49,180 bases of DNA from Armatimonadota bacterium. Its GTDB lineage: Bacteria > Sysuimicrobiota > Sysuimicrobiia > Sysuimicrobiales > Humicultoraceae. This document shows, piece by piece, positions 38,140 to 47,440 of the stretch. The translations under genes and the position numbers were made by a program. The notes below the pieces were generated by a model. The model ran no database searches and was not told where the DNA came from. It saw only the letters and a list, made by a program, of their open reading frames with translations. The stretch is taken from the NCBI GenBank assembly GCA_052386995.1, contig JBQTJP010000053.1, positions 1 to 49,180 of the forward strand, in the 5' to 3' direction. How positions within the stretch are numbered: the stretch's first letter is position 1; the number at the start of each line of letters is the position of its first letter.

Positions 38140-38146
38140 GAGCCGC

Positions 38147-38977
38147 ATGACCACCGCCGAGCCGATCATCCGCCTCGATCGCGTGTCCAAGACCTATGAT
38201 GCCGGCCGGTCGGGTCACGCGCTGGATGTCGTGCGCAGCTTCTTCCTGGAGATCCGTCCACGCGAGTTTGTCTCGGTGATCGGTCCGTCGGGATGCGGGA
38301 AGACGACGGTGCTCTTCATGCTCGCCGGGCTGCGCGACCCCAGCGAGGGCCGGATCGAGGTGTGCGGCCAGACGGCGCGCGATGCGGTGCGCGCCGGGCT
38401 GTCGAGTGTCATCTTCCAGCAGCCGGTCCTCTTCGAGTGGTTGAGCGCGGAAGAAAACGTGCTGCTGCCGCTGCGCATGCGCGACCCTCGGTGGTGGGCC
38501 TGGCCCCTGCGGCGGCGCCGCTACCTCGAGCAGGGCCGGGCCGCGCTCGATCTGGTCGAGCTCCGCGGCTTCGGCAGTTATTATCCCGAAAACCTGTCGG
38601 GCGGCATGCAGCAGCGCGTGGCGATCGCCCGGGCGCTCACGCTCGATCCCCAGGTGCTGTTGATGGACGAGCCCTTCGGCGCGCTCGACGAGATTACGCG
38701 TGACCATCTGAACCTCGAGCTGATTCGCCTGGCCGAAGACCGGCGCCTGACGATCGTCTTCGTCACCCACTCAATCGAAGAAGCCGTCTTCCTGTCCGAC
38801 CGGGTCGTGGTGATGAGCCGCGGGCCGCACCCGCGGACGGGCTCGAGCATTGTGCGCACTGTCGACGTGGCCCTGCCGCATCCGCGGCACCTGGCCCTCA
38901 AAGAAGAAGCGGCGTTCTTCCAAAAGGTGAAGGAGGGCCGTGAAGCCCTCCGCGACGCGCAGTTTGCAACGGCGTAG
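38147..38977 (+). CDS. ABC transporter ATP-binding protein (SsuB/TauB type)
   Basis: GPSGCGKTT, LSGGMQQR, LLMDEPFGALD, FVTHSIEEA. Confidence 0.94.
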   Translation: MTTAEPIIRLDRVSKTYDAGRSGHALDVVRSFFLEIRPREFVSVIGPSGCGKTTVLFMLAGLRDPSEGRIEVCGQTARDAVRAGLSSVIFQQPVLFEWLSAEENVLLPLRMRDPRWWAWPLRRRRYLEQGRAALDLVELRGFGSYYPENLSGGMQQRVAIARALTLDPQVLLMDEPFGALDEITRDHLNLELIRLAEDRRLTIVFVTHSIEEAVFLSDRVVVMSRGPHPRTGSSIVRTVDVALPHPRHLALKEEAAFFQKVKEGREALRDAQFATA

Positions 38978-39008
38978 CCGAAAGCGCACGAGTTGACCGG
39001 AGACGTTG

Positions 39009-39536
39009 ATGAAACAGTCCCGGGGCGTGACAACCATCGGCCGGCTGAACGTCACTGTCGGGGTGATCTATATCCTTCGCATCCCACTGATCGTGTTGAT
39101 GCTCTCTGGGCTTCGAGGAGCGTTCCTTCGCGTCCTCGAAATCGTGTACATCATTGTCGGGAACCTCCACTGGGGCGACAACATCGGAATCCTCAAAGCA
39201 CTCTTCGTCGACACTTTTCTCGCGGCTGTGCTCATCTCTTCAGGACTCCTGACGTTGCGGCGGCACCCGCGGGGGCGTGTCCTGGCGTTCGTCTATGCCG
39301 GGCTCTCGCTCGCCCTCGAGTTCCTTGGTTTCGCAGAAATCACGCGTGATCAGCTGCGGTCCGCGGCGGAATACGCTCCGGGAGCCGCGACCGCCGCTAT
39401 CACCTCATTCGTGGCCAAACTCATCTACCCGATCGTTCTCCTCGTCTTCTACTCGCTGCCGCAGGTCAGGCGCGAGTTTCAACCGGGCCGATCCGACGAG
39501 ACTACTGGTCGGGATTCCGGCGAAACCGGGCTTTGA
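39009..39536 (+). CDS. Hypothetical membrane protein
   Basis: Several hydrophobic segments; GGAG before ATG; lower GC than flanking genes. Confidence 0.6.
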   Translation: MKQSRGVTTIGRLNVTVGVIYILRIPLIVLMLSGLRGAFLRVLEIVYIIVGNLHWGDNIGILKALFVDTFLAAVLISSGLLTLRRHPRGRVLAFVYAGLSLALEFLGFAEITRDQLRSAAEYAPGAATAAITSFVAKLIYPIVLLVFYSLPQVRREFQPGRSDETTGRDSGETGL

Positions 39537-39870
39537 GTTCGTCCACGCGGCGATTGAAACCGTTCTCGTCGAAATCCTCGTCAACGACGACTGATCGAAA
39601 CAGCTTCATCAACTCGTCGGGGTGTACGGCTCTCTTCCCGGTAACCAAACTCACATATCTGAACTCGGCCCAGACGATCGCCTTCAGCCGTTGCGCTTCA
39701 CGATCCAGCATCACGCCTTCCATGAACAGCAAATTGTCCGTCGCCCCAACAAGCCGTGTGCGGACGAGCACCTTCTCCATCAGCAGGGCCAAGGAAAGGA
39801 AGGCTATCTGCTTGTTGAGGTGCCCGAACGGATCGCAATCCTGAAAACGAATTATCGCCGCGCTCTCTGG
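39502..39870 (-). pseudogene. 4HBT/YbgC-like acyl-CoA thioesterase remnant
   Basis: IRFQDCDPFGHLN joined directly to KQIAFL...MEKVLVRTRL...VWAEFRYVSL; the expected hot-dog helix is missing and there is no start codon upstream of the motif. Confidence 0.7.
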
Positions 39871-39966
39871 CGGGTTTGCTCGCCCTTGGTCGAGGGGTCT
39901 CCAAATTCAGACCGAACGGTCTGAAACCAGGAAACCAGAAGCTGAGGCCCCTATCAAGATTCGACC

Positions 39967-41346
39967 CTATATGCGCCGCACGATCTTCTCTGCGATCAGG
40001 ACCCGCATCGTATCGCGGAAGACCTCGAGCGCCTGCTGGATGTCCGATTCGGTGTGTGCGGAGGAGGTCACCCCGCCGGTGTAAGATAGCAGATCCACCC
40101 CACGCACCTGCAGGTTCTTTTGAAACGCGGTGACGACCCGGCCGGGAATACCCTTCAGCTTCGCCGGATCGCCGGTCGCAAGCGCCGCGCGGTTCTCGAC
40201 CTTTGGCCCGGGGCCTGGCTCCATATACACGTGGAAGACCGAGGAGTCCCCGTACGCAAATGCGGCCGCCCCCAGCTCATCCAGGATTCCCTCCATGCCA
40301 CGTCGCAGCAGGTCGGCCATCCGGTCGGCATGGGCCTGCGCGCTCCCATCCGCCACCAGGCGCAGGGTGGCGATCCCCGCGGCGGTCGACAGCGGGTTCG
40401 CGTTGAACGTTCCCTGGTGGGCCACGCGCTCGAATCGATCGTGCCGGAAATCGCCCGTGTAGTCGAACAGCCGCATGATGTCGCTGCGCCCGGCTACGGC
40501 GCCGCCGGGCAGACCGCCTGACATGATCTTGGCGAGCACCGTCAGGTCCGGCCGGATGCCGGCCAGGCGCTGATAGCCGCCCGGACTGTAGCGAAAGCCG
40601 GTGATGATCTCATCGTAGATCAACGGTATCTCGAAGTGGGTCGCCAGTTCCCGTAGCTGCCGGTTGAACGCGACCGTCAGCGGCACGGTGCCCCATGAGG
40701 CCCCGGATGGCTCGAGCATGATCGCGGCGATGTCACGGTCGCGCTTCAGCGTGTCTTCCAAGGCGTTCAGGTCGGCGGGGACGATGACGATCGTTTCCAG
40801 GGTTGATCGCGGGATGCCCAGCGAGTACGGGGCGTCAAATGGCGGCGAAGATCCCTTCCCCACGTAGTCGTGCCACCCGCCGAAGTGTCCCTCGAAGCGC
40901 AGCACCTTCGACCGGCCCGTGAACGCGCGGGCCAATCGCAAGGCGAGCATCGTCCCCTCGGTTCCCGAACCGACGAAGCGGATCTTCTCTGCCGATGGGA
41001 TCAGATCGTGAATGAGTCGCGCCCACTCGGCCATGCGAGGGTGATCGTTACCGAAGTGCAGGCCGTCCCCCAACACCGCCCTCACGGCATCGAGCACTGC
41101 CGGATGCGCGTGGCCCACCAGGAGCGCCCCGTTGCCCATCCCAAAATCCAGGAGTTCGTTGCCGTCCACATCCCACTTGCGCGCGCCAGCGGCGCGGTCG
41201 ATGTAGATCGGCGTCACCGGACTGTGCCGCAGGTCATGCCCGACGCCGCCAGCCACACGCGCGCTCATGTCAGCGTAGAGTGCTCTGCTCCGGGGCCGCT
41301 GCTGCGCATATGTGTCAAGCCATTGATCCACCCGCACACGGTCCAT
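39967..41346 (-). CDS. Class III PLP aminotransferase, glutamate-1-semialdehyde aminomutase-like
   Basis: WDVDGN, SGTEGTM, FEGHFGGWHD, DEIITGFR, PDLTVLAK (PLP Lys), GTFNANP; catabolic rather than heme context. Confidence 0.9.
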   Translation of the reverse strand: MDRVRVDQWLDTYAQQRPRSRALYADMSARVAGGVGHDLRHSPVTPIYIDRAAGARKWDVDGNELLDFGMGNGALLVGHAHPAVLDAVRAVLGDGLHFGNDHPRMAEWARLIHDLIPSAEKIRFVGSGTEGTMLALRLARAFTGRSKVLRFEGHFGGWHDYVGKGSSPPFDAPYSLGIPRSTLETIVIVPADLNALEDTLKRDRDIAAIMLEPSGASWGTVPLTVAFNRQLRELATHFEIPLIYDEIITGFRYSPGGYQRLAGIRPDLTVLAKIMSGGLPGGAVAGRSDIMRLFDYTGDFRHDRFERVAHQGTFNANPLSTAAGIATLRLVADGSAQAHADRMADLLRRGMEGILDELGAAAFAYGDSSVFHVYMEPGPGPKVENRAALATGDPAKLKGIPGRVVTAFQKNLQVRGVDLLSYTGGVTSSAHTESDIQQALEVFRDTMRVLIAEKIVRRI

Positions 41347-41365
41347 GTGGAACCTCCAGACCAGG

Positions 41366-42823
41366 CTAGCCCAACTGAGAAATCATGGCCACGGCGCACT
41401 CGACCACGCGCTGCTCCGAGCCGGGATGGAGCCCGGTGGGCAGCAGGTATGCCTGGAACACCAAGTCAGGGATTTGATATCGGGCGCGAACCTCCCATCC
41501 GCCGGTTGGATAGTCTTGAGCGCGAGGCAGGTAGCACACGCAGCCATTCGTATAGCCCAAGACCTGCGTGTGGGCAAACGGCGACCGCGCTTTGATGGTC
41601 AGGCCGGTGCCCGCGAACGTCTCGGCGCTCAGGCCAACCAGGACGATGTCGTTGACCCGAATCACCTGAACCGCGAAGTCCCAGGTCTTTGGGCGGCCAG
41701 CCCGTACCGCCTCGACCAGGCGATCGGCCCACGCGGCGAAGCGGGTCGTCACCTGAATGCCGCGCTCCTCACCAGCCACCCTGGCTTCTTCGAGCTCTCT
41801 GTGCCGCTCGCCGCGGATCGCCTCGGCCTCGGCCAGCGTGGGCAACTCCAGCAGATCGAGGGCAATCGTCTCCGTGGCCGCGCCCAGGAACGTACACGTC
41901 TCGCCTTCAACCGGCACCCAGGGCGTGAGCGTCATGCCCCTTCCCAGAAGCGAGGGAAGCCAGGTGCGCTCCCCGCGCTTGACGTGCGACCGCAATTCTG
42001 CGGCCACCTTCACGACTTCCCCGGCGAGCGCGGCGCCAACCCGATTCTTCGCATCGCGGCAGTCGGTCTCGTATCCCATACCGCCTATCGGCATGATGTC
42101 CCCGCCGCATGCCTGCAGGAAGAGCGCGGGAGCTCCCCACACCCTCTCGATGACCTCACGCGCGGCCCCGGGAAAGTCTGCCGAGATGACAGGCGAACGC
42201 GGGCCGACGACCACAGGGTGGCAGCCATAGCTGAAGGCGATGGCGAGCGGCTCACCGTTCAGGTCGTCCACACGAACGACGCCGACCGCGGGGTCAATCT
42301 CGCCGTCCGGCACTTCGCCGAGAAAGACCATGCCGTCCGGGCCCGCCTCACGCCGGTTGACTCCGATCCGGCTCTGCCCCCACCCCGCCACGATCCGTCC
42401 ATCCTGCAGCCGCCGGTCGGCCTCAACGGCGGCCTCGATCATGCGCGCCACCATCATGTCCTGGTAGGCCGCCAGCATGGGGAGTTGAAAGTTGAACTCG
42501 GGCGGATAGTCCGGGAGCCCCGGGCCGCTGTGTGTGTGATTGAGGTTAATCATCACGTGTGATGCCGTCGTCCCGATCGCGTCTGCGACACCGTGGCGCC
42601 ACTCGTCCACCCGGTGGAGCGGGATAACCGCAAGATCCAGCGCAATGATCGCGACCTTGGACGACACGCCGGCCCCCTGGTGGCACGCGAGCACGAGACA
42701 CGTCACGGTCAAATCGCTCTCGATGGCGCTGGCGACGCCCTCGCGAGAAGAGAACCCGACGGTTTTGACGCCGAGTGGCGGAGTGATGACACGCCGGGCG
42801 ACCCCGGCGCGCAAGGCGGGCAC
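41366..42823 (-). CDS. Neutral/alkaline ceramidase-like metal-dependent hydrolase
   Basis: AGVARRVITPP, NHTHSGP, GVNRR, YGCHPV, SADFPG, FLQACGGD, GYTNG..YLP. Confidence 0.8.
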   Translation of the reverse strand: MPALRAGVARRVITPPLGVKTVGFSSREGVASAIESDLTVTCLVLACHQGAGVSSKVAIIALDLAVIPLHRVDEWRHGVADAIGTTASHVMINLNHTHSGPGLPDYPPEFNFQLPMLAAYQDMMVARMIEAAVEADRRLQDGRIVAGWGQSRIGVNRREAGPDGMVFLGEVPDGEIDPAVGVVRVDDLNGEPLAIAFSYGCHPVVVGPRSPVISADFPGAAREVIERVWGAPALFLQACGGDIMPIGGMGYETDCRDAKNRVGAALAGEVVKVAAELRSHVKRGERTWLPSLLGRGMTLTPWVPVEGETCTFLGAATETIALDLLELPTLAEAEAIRGERHRELEEARVAGEERGIQVTTRFAAWADRLVEAVRAGRPKTWDFAVQVIRVNDIVLVGLSAETFAGTGLTIKARSPFAHTQVLGYTNGCVCYLPRAQDYPTGGWEVRARYQIPDLVFQAYLLPTGLHPGSEQRVVECAVAMISQLG

Positions 42824-42825
42824 GC

Positions 42826-43806
42826 CTAGTATCCTCTCTGCTTGTCCACGAGATAGATCAGCGGCTCTCCGGCAATGTAGCGCCGCAGATTCTCACAGAA
42901 GAGGCCCGTGATCCGCTCGTAGTAGCCCTGGCTCACGCCAGACATGTGCGGCGTCAGGATGACGTTCGGCAGACTGAAGAACGGGCTGTCCGCCGGCAGT
43001 GGCGTCTGCGCGTGGACATCCAGCCCAGCCCCGCCGATCCACCCTTCGCGCAGGGCGCGCAACAGCGCGGACTCCTCGATGACCTTTCCACGTCCCACGC
43101 TCACCAGGTAGGCGCCCGGCTTCATCGCCCGCAGTTCGGCCTCACCGATCAGGCGCTCGGTCTCTTGGGTGAGGGGGAGGCAGACGACCACGACGTCCGC
43201 CAGCGCAAGGACCTGGCGCAAATCCGCGGCAGGATACACGTCGACGCCGTTTTCGCGGACTGCGGACGTGACGCTTCGGCGCGTACCGACCACCGCCATC
43301 TCAAAGCCCTGGGCCACGTGGGCCAGTTTGTGCCCGATCGCACCGTACCCAATGACAGCCATCGTCTTGCCGGCCAGCTCTTCGCCTGCATACTCTTCCC
43401 ACTGATTGCGGGGCCAGACCCGGCCCTTCTGGAAGCGCTCCATCATCTGCGGAAAGCGGCGAAGGTAGGCGACAATTGACGCGAAGACGTATTCGGTGAT
43501 CGGTGTGGCAAAGATGCGCGCGTTGGTGATGATAACCTCGCTCTTCATCACCGGCGCGCCGCGGAGATGATCCACGCCGTCGCCCGGAAGCTGCAGCCAG
43601 CGGAGGCGTGGCGCGGACGTGATTTCGAAGTAGGCATGGTGCGAGAGGAGCACCTCGACATCTCTCAACTGGGCGTCCTTCCCCGCGGGTCGCTCGTAGG
43701 GCGAATGCGGATCATAGCTCAGGCGGATGCGCGTGGAGACTTCTTGGATGCGCGCGAGATGCGCTTCAGAGAATCGGCTCGCGATGTGGACGCGCAGCGT
43801 GATCAT
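42826..43806 (-). CDS. D-2-hydroxyacid dehydrogenase
   Basis: GYGAIG, CLPLTQET, VGRG, AGLDV, ILTPHMSG; the usual Glu after LDV (EP) appears replaced by QTP. Confidence 0.92.
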   Translation of the reverse strand: MITLRVHIASRFSEAHLARIQEVSTRIRLSYDPHSPYERPAGKDAQLRDVEVLLSHHAYFEITSAPRLRWLQLPGDGVDHLRGAPVMKSEVIITNARIFATPITEYVFASIVAYLRRFPQMMERFQKGRVWPRNQWEEYAGEELAGKTMAVIGYGAIGHKLAHVAQGFEMAVVGTRRSVTSAVRENGVDVYPAADLRQVLALADVVVVCLPLTQETERLIGEAELRAMKPGAYLVSVGRGKVIEESALLRALREGWIGGAGLDVHAQTPLPADSPFFSLPNVILTPHMSGVSQGYYERITGLFCENLRRYIAGEPLIYLVDKQRGY

Positions 43807-43872
43807 GGTCGGCGCACCAGTAGGGCGCGCCGGATGGCCACAGACTCCACCCGGCACGCCGCTCGCTGCGCG

Positions 43873-45474
43873 TTACTTGTCTAGCCACGTCGTCCACATC
43901 AGATCCTTGAAGCTGTCGAAAGGCACATGATCGTACCCCATGACGTACCGCTGCATCGCATAGTTCTCCACGGGCGCCCACAGGAAGAGCCAGGGGACAT
44001 CCTCTAGAACTTTGCGTTGAATGCTGGCATAGAGGTCCCGGCGCCGGACGCGATCCGGTTCGACAGAGGCCTGCTCGATCCAACGCTGCACCTGCGAGTT
44101 GGAGTACCCGAGGGGATTGTCGCTGCCCTTCGGATGGTAGTGTGGAAAGAGAACATCGATCGGATCGCCGCGGAAGCCGCGGTTGCCGATGAGCATGTCG
44201 TAATCGAGCGTGTTGTTCCGCTGCAGCCAGGCGCCGAGCTCAAGCTGCTGGATGCGGACGGTAATGCCTATTCGTTTCCAGCTATCGGCGGCCGTCGCAA
44301 TGCTGGGATAGAACGCCGCTGGGTGACCTTCGGGGAGCGTCACGGCAGTGACGTCAAAACCGTTCGGGTACCCGGCCTCGGCCATCAGCTTCCTGGCCTG
44401 ATCAAGGTCTACCTTGAACGGCAGTTTGTCGGCTGGGATGCCATAGTCTTCCCAGCCGTGCACGATCGGCCCGATCGGAACGCCCGAGCCGCCGAGCGCC
44501 TTGTCGATAATCTCGGACCTGTTGATCGACAGGTTCATGGCCTGGCGCACGCGCCTGTCCCTGAAGGGCGCGAAGCGCTGATGGAACTTGATGACGGTAA
44601 ACACCCCGTGCACGCCCTTGATGAATTTGAGGTTCGGACTGCCCGCCAGCCTCCTGGCCCCGTCGGCACTGATGAGCGAGAAGTCGATCGCGCCGGCCCG
44701 CAGCGCAGCGATCCGAGTATCCTCCGGGGTGATGAATTTGACGCTCAGCGTGTCGATATGGGGCGCCCCGCGCTCCCAATACCGCTCGTTTCGTACGAAG
44801 GTGGCGTGGTCGTTCGGCACCCACTCGGCCAGGCTGTACGGACCGGTGCCGATCGGCCTCGATGCCAGCGCCCTCGGATCGGAGCCGCCTGGCGCGAATC
44901 CCAGGACCCGCATGGCCGCAAACTTGCCCGGAAGGACCGGGTCGGGCCGCTTCAACGTCATCTTGACGACGTGTCTGCCGACAACCTCCGTCTTCTCAAT
45001 CGCCTCGTACCAGACGGCGAACGGGCTGCCGGTCGAAGGCGCCAGCGCGCGGTCGACGTTCCACTTGGCGTCCTCCGCGGTGAAGGGCGCTCCGTTGTGG
45101 AACACCACCCCCTGACGCAGCGTCATGACCAGCTCGGTCGGCTTGGTGTATTCCCATTTGGTCGCGAGCGACGGCTCGACGGCCATGGTCCGGGGATTGT
45201 GCCGGGTGAAGCACTGATAGACCATCCGCTGAAGCACGGTCGCGGAGGCGTTGACGCGATTGTGCGGGTCGAAGCTGATGGGGTCGTTGACCTCAGCCCA
45301 GTTCAGCGTCCCCCCGCGCCTGATGGTCGCCGCCGGTCCCGCCCGCCCGGGCGCAGGCCAGAGACCGGCCAGGCTCGTCAGGCCGGCCGCTCCCACCACC
45401 TTGAGCAGGTCCCGGCGGGTCAGACCGCGGCGTGCCCCGCGGAGTGCGTGATTCCTGGTCCTGCGCTTCCCCAT
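43873..45474 (-). CDS. Family 5 ABC substrate-binding protein with Tat signal
   Basis: TRRDLLK twin-arginine motif, RGGTL, SFDPH, PIGTGPY, DRRVRQAM; GGAGGAG before ATG 45474. Confidence 0.93.
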   Translation of the reverse strand: MGKRRTRNHALRGARRGLTRRDLLKVVGAAGLTSLAGLWPAPGRAGPAATIRRGGTLNWAEVNDPISFDPHNRVNASATVLQRMVYQCFTRHNPRTMAVEPSLATKWEYTKPTELVMTLRQGVVFHNGAPFTAEDAKWNVDRALAPSTGSPFAVWYEAIEKTEVVGRHVVKMTLKRPDPVLPGKFAAMRVLGFAPGGSDPRALASRPIGTGPYSLAEWVPNDHATFVRNERYWERGAPHIDTLSVKFITPEDTRIAALRAGAIDFSLISADGARRLAGSPNLKFIKGVHGVFTVIKFHQRFAPFRDRRVRQAMNLSINRSEIIDKALGGSGVPIGPIVHGWEDYGIPADKLPFKVDLDQARKLMAEAGYPNGFDVTAVTLPEGHPAAFYPSIATAADSWKRIGITVRIQQLELGAWLQRNNTLDYDMLIGNRGFRGDPIDVLFPHYHPKGSDNPLGYSNSQVQRWIEQASVEPDRVRRRDLYASIQRKVLEDVPWLFLWAPVENYAMQRYVMGYDHVPFDSFKDLMWTTWLDK

Positions 45475-45549
45475 TGTCTTCTCCTCCATTTCCGGGCGGC
45501 GCCACCATGGAGGGGGCGCCCGGGCGTCATCGCGTTCTCCTGCTCGCTG

Positions 45550-46368
45550 CTACACGCCCCGCAGCCGGGGATCGAGCACATCCCGCAGGCCATCGCCCGC
45601 GAAGTTGAACCCCAGCACGGCCAGCATAATGGCCGCTCCCGGGAAAACCGAAAGGCCGTTGGCGAGCTCCATGAAGTTTCGGCCCGAGCCCAGCATGTTC
45701 CCCCACGACGTGTGCGGCGCCTGCACACCGAGGCCCAGGAAGCTCAACCCCGCCTCGATCAGGATCGCATCCGCGATGCTGACCGTGGCCTGCACAATGA
45801 TGGGCGCGACGACATTCGGCAGCACGTGACGGAACATGATCCGCCCGTCGGCAGCCCCCGCCGCGCGCGCGCTGATCACAAACTCCAGCTCACGCGCCGC
45901 CAGCACAGGGCCTCGCGTCACCCGCGCGATCGTTGGCGTCGTCACGATGGCTACCGCGATGATCACGTTGGTCAGGCTGGGACCGAGGATGCCCGCGAGC
46001 GCGATCGCCAGCACGAACGAGGGCAGCGTGAACATCAGGTCCATGGCCCGCATGATCACGTTGTCGGTCACGCCGCCATAGTAGCCTGCCACCAGTCCGA
46101 GGCTCACGCCGACGAGCAACGACAGGCCCACGGACACGATGCTCACGATCAGGGAGACACGCGCCCCGAAGATGAGGCGGCTCAAGACATCCCGACCCAA
46201 CTGGTCGAGCCCCAGGATGTTTCGGTCGCCGGGAGGGCTGAGCCGCCTGCCCACCTGCGCGTTCGGGTCGTGGGGACTCAGTTGACCGGCAAAGACGGCA
46301 ACCGCGATCAGGGAAAGCACGACGGTGAGGCCAAGAACCCCTACCAGGTTCCGGCGCACCGACCTCAT
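45550..46368 (-). CDS. DppC-type ABC permease
   Basis: LGLDQLGRDVLSRLIFGARVSL, HVLPN, EAGLSFLGLG, GDGLRDVLDP. Confidence 0.93.
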   Translation of the reverse strand: MRSVRRNLVGVLGLTVVLSLIAVAVFAGQLSPHDPNAQVGRRLSPPGDRNILGLDQLGRDVLSRLIFGARVSLIVSIVSVGLSLLVGVSLGLVAGYYGGVTDNVIMRAMDLMFTLPSFVLAIALAGILGPSLTNVIIAVAIVTTPTIARVTRGPVLAARELEFVISARAAGAADGRIMFRHVLPNVVAPIIVQATVSIADAILIEAGLSFLGLGVQAPHTSWGNMLGSGRNFMELANGLSVFPGAAIMLAVLGFNFAGDGLRDVLDPRLRGV

Positions 46369-47315
46369 GCGTAGCGGATCCGCGGGTCAAGGTATCCGTA
46401 GCAGAGATCCACGAGAAACTGGACAAAGATAAACAGCAGGCCCATCATCAATACCGTGCCCTGCACCATCGGGTAGTCGCGCTCACCAATCGCCGACACG
46501 AGGGCGGTGCCAACGCCGGGCATCCCAAAGATCTGCTCCACGATGACCGCTCCGCCCAGCAGCCGCCCCAGTTGAATCCCCATGACCGTCAGGATCGGGA
46601 TGAACGCGTTCTTCAGCGCGTGGCGCGCCAGCATGGTGCGCTCCGCCACGCCCTTGGCCCGTGCCGTCCGCACGTAGTCCTGGCCGAGCACTTCGAGCAT
46701 CGTCGAGCGCGTCATCCGCATGACGACCGCCATCAGCGGCAGCCCTAGGGAGACCGCGGGCAACAGCATCTGCCCGAGGTTTCTGACCGGATCCTTCCAC
46801 GGGCTCACAAAGATGAGGGAAGGAAACCACTGGAAATACGTGGCGCTCACGAGGATCAGCAGCACGGCCAGCCAGAAACTCGGCATCGACAGCCCCACCA
46901 GACCCACCAGCCGTGCAACGACGTCCGCCGGTCGATCCCGCCTGGCCGCGGAGACGATTCCCATTGGCAGGGCAACTGCGGCGGACAGCAGCATGGCCAG
47001 CGCCGCCAGTTCCACGGTGATCGGCAAGGCGCGCGCCATGAGCAGGGTGACGGGCAAGCGCGACCGGAACGAGTAGCCTAGATCGCCGCGCAGGACGTCG
47101 CCCAGCCAGTGCACGTACTGGACAGGCAGGGGATCGGTCAATCCAAACATCTTGCGCAAGGTCGCCCGCACTTCCGGCGTCATGGTGCCTTCCTGCCCCA
47201 CCCACATGGTCACCGCATCGCCGGGCACCAGACGGATGAGGAGGAAGATGAGCACAGAAAGCGCCAGCGCGGCGGCCAGCGCGAACAGCAGGCGCCGCGC
47301 GAGAAAGGCGTTCAT
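46365..47315 (-). CDS. DppB-type ABC permease
   Basis: RLVPGD, GDLGYS, SMPSFWL, DYVRTARAKG, HALKNA, RDYPMVQG, LDPRIR. Confidence 0.93.
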   Translation of the reverse strand: MNAFLARRLLFALAAALALSVLIFLLIRLVPGDAVTMWVGQEGTMTPEVRATLRKMFGLTDPLPVQYVHWLGDVLRGDLGYSFRSRLPVTLLMARALPITVELAALAMLLSAAVALPMGIVSAARRDRPADVVARLVGLVGLSMPSFWLAVLLILVSATYFQWFPSLIFVSPWKDPVRNLGQMLLPAVSLGLPLMAVVMRMTRSTMLEVLGQDYVRTARAKGVAERTMLARHALKNAFIPILTVMGIQLGRLLGGAVIVEQIFGMPGVGTALVSAIGERDYPMVQGTVLMMGLLFIFVQFLVDLCYGYLDPRIRYA

Positions 47316-47440
47316 GGGGCGCACCTACGCTGCGAAGTTCCGTTTCTCCTCTGTCAGACCGCACAGGATATTTCCGCGGTGCAGAGAATTGGTCGCGCTG
47401 ACTCCTACCAGATCAGCCCAGCCCAGAAAGGACAGCGCCG

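Noticed and set aside
39967..41346. hemL gene symbol
   Set aside because: GSAM-like fold, but N-terminal motifs diverge and there are no tetrapyrrole genes nearby.
44017..46374. 785-aa plus-strand ORF (likewise 34771..36255 and 41345..42562)
   Set aside because: Antisense shadows of well-supported genes.
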